Shown here: positions 62,387 through 64,000 of the stretch, one piece after another
How the letters are laid out: every line of letters begins with the position of its first letter
How positions within the stretch are numbered: the first letter of the stretch is position 1
DNA from: Octopus sinensis
Lineage: Eukaryota
Length of the DNA stretch: 64,000 bases
Assembly (NCBI RefSeq): GCF_006345805.1
Contig: NC_042998.1
Coordinates: 29,822,001 to 29,886,000 of the forward strand
Reading direction: 5' to 3'
Program-made: the position numbers and the translations under genes
Notes under the pieces: generated by a model
Databases searched by the model: none
Told to the model about the DNA's origin: nothing
What the model saw: the letters and a program-made list of their open reading frames with translations, nothing else

Positions 62387-64000
62387 CGTACACGCACGCA
62401 CACACATACACGCATATGTGTATGTGTGTGTAAATTCTATGATCCACATTCATAAAATTCCCCATTAGATACAAGCGAACGATTTTATCGTTTATCTGGT
62501 TTCAGCGTTTTAAAATCTGAATGAGAAAACGCAGAGAAATCCGATGAATTGATCTATTTTGATAAGTTCACTTTGTATTTGAAAATGCAGGAACTCCTAG
62601 ATTAGATAAAAGGTTTATACACACCGATATATTTTTGCCTTGAATGAACCATTTGAAAAGACTAATTTAAGCTAATGATTATGAAGGCATAGTGGCAGAA
62701 GAGGAGCATTGTGCCGTTACTTTCCGAATGAGCATTGTAACAAGTTCAATGAAATAATTACCCATAATATACTGGAATTTATCTGAGTTCTTTATACTCC
62801 CTCACACAATCTGACCTTGTCAAATGTCAAAAGTAATCAATATATAAATACACATTTTTTGCCCATTATTATGGGCATTGATTTTTGTTATACTTCTGAC
62901 ACAAGATAGTATCACACTTCACGCCTGAAGAAGATCAATTTTTTTTTTCTAGCACAGTATTTCTAATGAACGCAAACTGAACTAATTTATATAAGGTTAA
63001 GTATGTGGGTAGATCTCGGACTAAATTACATTCTTTGTTTTCCCGGAACCATTCTTTAATAACCTTATGCGGTCCCTGGGTATCTGTAGCGTAGTCCTCC
63101 CTGTTTTGGGTCAGGTCGTCTGCTTAAAAAATAACCGAACCTCAACTGCTTCTTAAACCAGACTTTTGGAACCTTCGGAAACGTCATCGCCTGTTTTACC
63201 TTCATAAAAAAATACTGTTATGGACAGTGTAGTGAAAAGAACCGTCGTATAATTATTTAGCATTACTTTTAAGAAATAATGGATATAGATAAAGAAACAA
63301 TTCACAAAGCAAAACAACTAATGGAATTCTGCTGCAATTCCGTATTATGTAACTGGTATTGTTGTACCCGTTGCAGTAACGCAAAACACCTCAGTTTTGA
63401 TCGAAGTAGTTACAATTACATTTATATAAATATCATAAAATCTAACCAGATCAGAAGAAACAGCAATGTCACATGTATTTCTAATAATAGTAAAGGAGTA
63501 GAAGTTTCGAGGATGGATATAGTTGATTCAATATAATACATATTATGCTTTCCAGGTCCGGGGTTTATGAAAGGTAAAGTTAATGTTGACAGTATCTGGA
63601 TTCACAAACATATCACAAGATGTTTTTTTCTCCGACTTAGCGGAAGCCAAATATTGGTGAATGGATATAAAACAAGTTCAATTCTTTCTACTAAAAATAT
63701 CAACCGCCTTCGCAACGAAACTAACTCTAAATAATACAATGCTGCAGTATCTAAAACTAAATATGCACCAAAGCAATGTCTGTATATATCCATGGCTTGC
63801 TTACACCTGTACTATTTTTATGCCACTCAGTCTTCCCTACGTAATATCAAATATATATATATATATATATATTTACTATATATGTATGTATTTGAATGAT
63901 ATATCTTAGCTGTTAAGTGTTCTCAATTTTCACTCCATGCATCTTTTAAGTTAATAACTGACTATTAAGTTAACAACTGAGGATTTTTCAAAATTTGCGA

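Overview
AT-rich, microsatellite-saturated eukaryotic DNA that is intergenic or intronic. The SINE families, (TA)n/(CA)n density and TTAGGG-like repeats point to an octopus/coleoid cephalopod genome (inference, no search run). I found no host protein-coding gene, rRNA, true tRNA gene or CRISPR array, and most ORF-track entries are translated microsatellites. The window is a layered mobile-element graveyard. It holds about 25 tRNA-derived SINEs of four head/body types with swapped 3' tails; remnants of mariner/Tc1 transposons; four MITEs with GGATC ends (three with 8-bp TSDs, three carrying CCCTAA repeats); a non-autonomous Helitron; and LINE remnants of HERO-like, R4/Dong-like, RTE, CR1-group and Penelope type. 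Best leads: (1) a dispersed set of minimal hammerhead-ribozyme-like motifs, including one behind a tRNA-like Pol III head (1271-1544) and several in long fold-back palindromes; (2) a family of ORF1(gag-knuckle)-only retroelements with a conserved second small ORF, whose 3' end matches the tail of the commonest SINE; (3) a SINE tail derived from an RTE LINE, plus combinatorial head/tail swapping among SINEs; (4) a pre-miRNA-shaped hairpin at 48449-48541. All family assignments come from manual translation and motif recognition. Boundaries are approximate except where a TSD or TIR is quoted.
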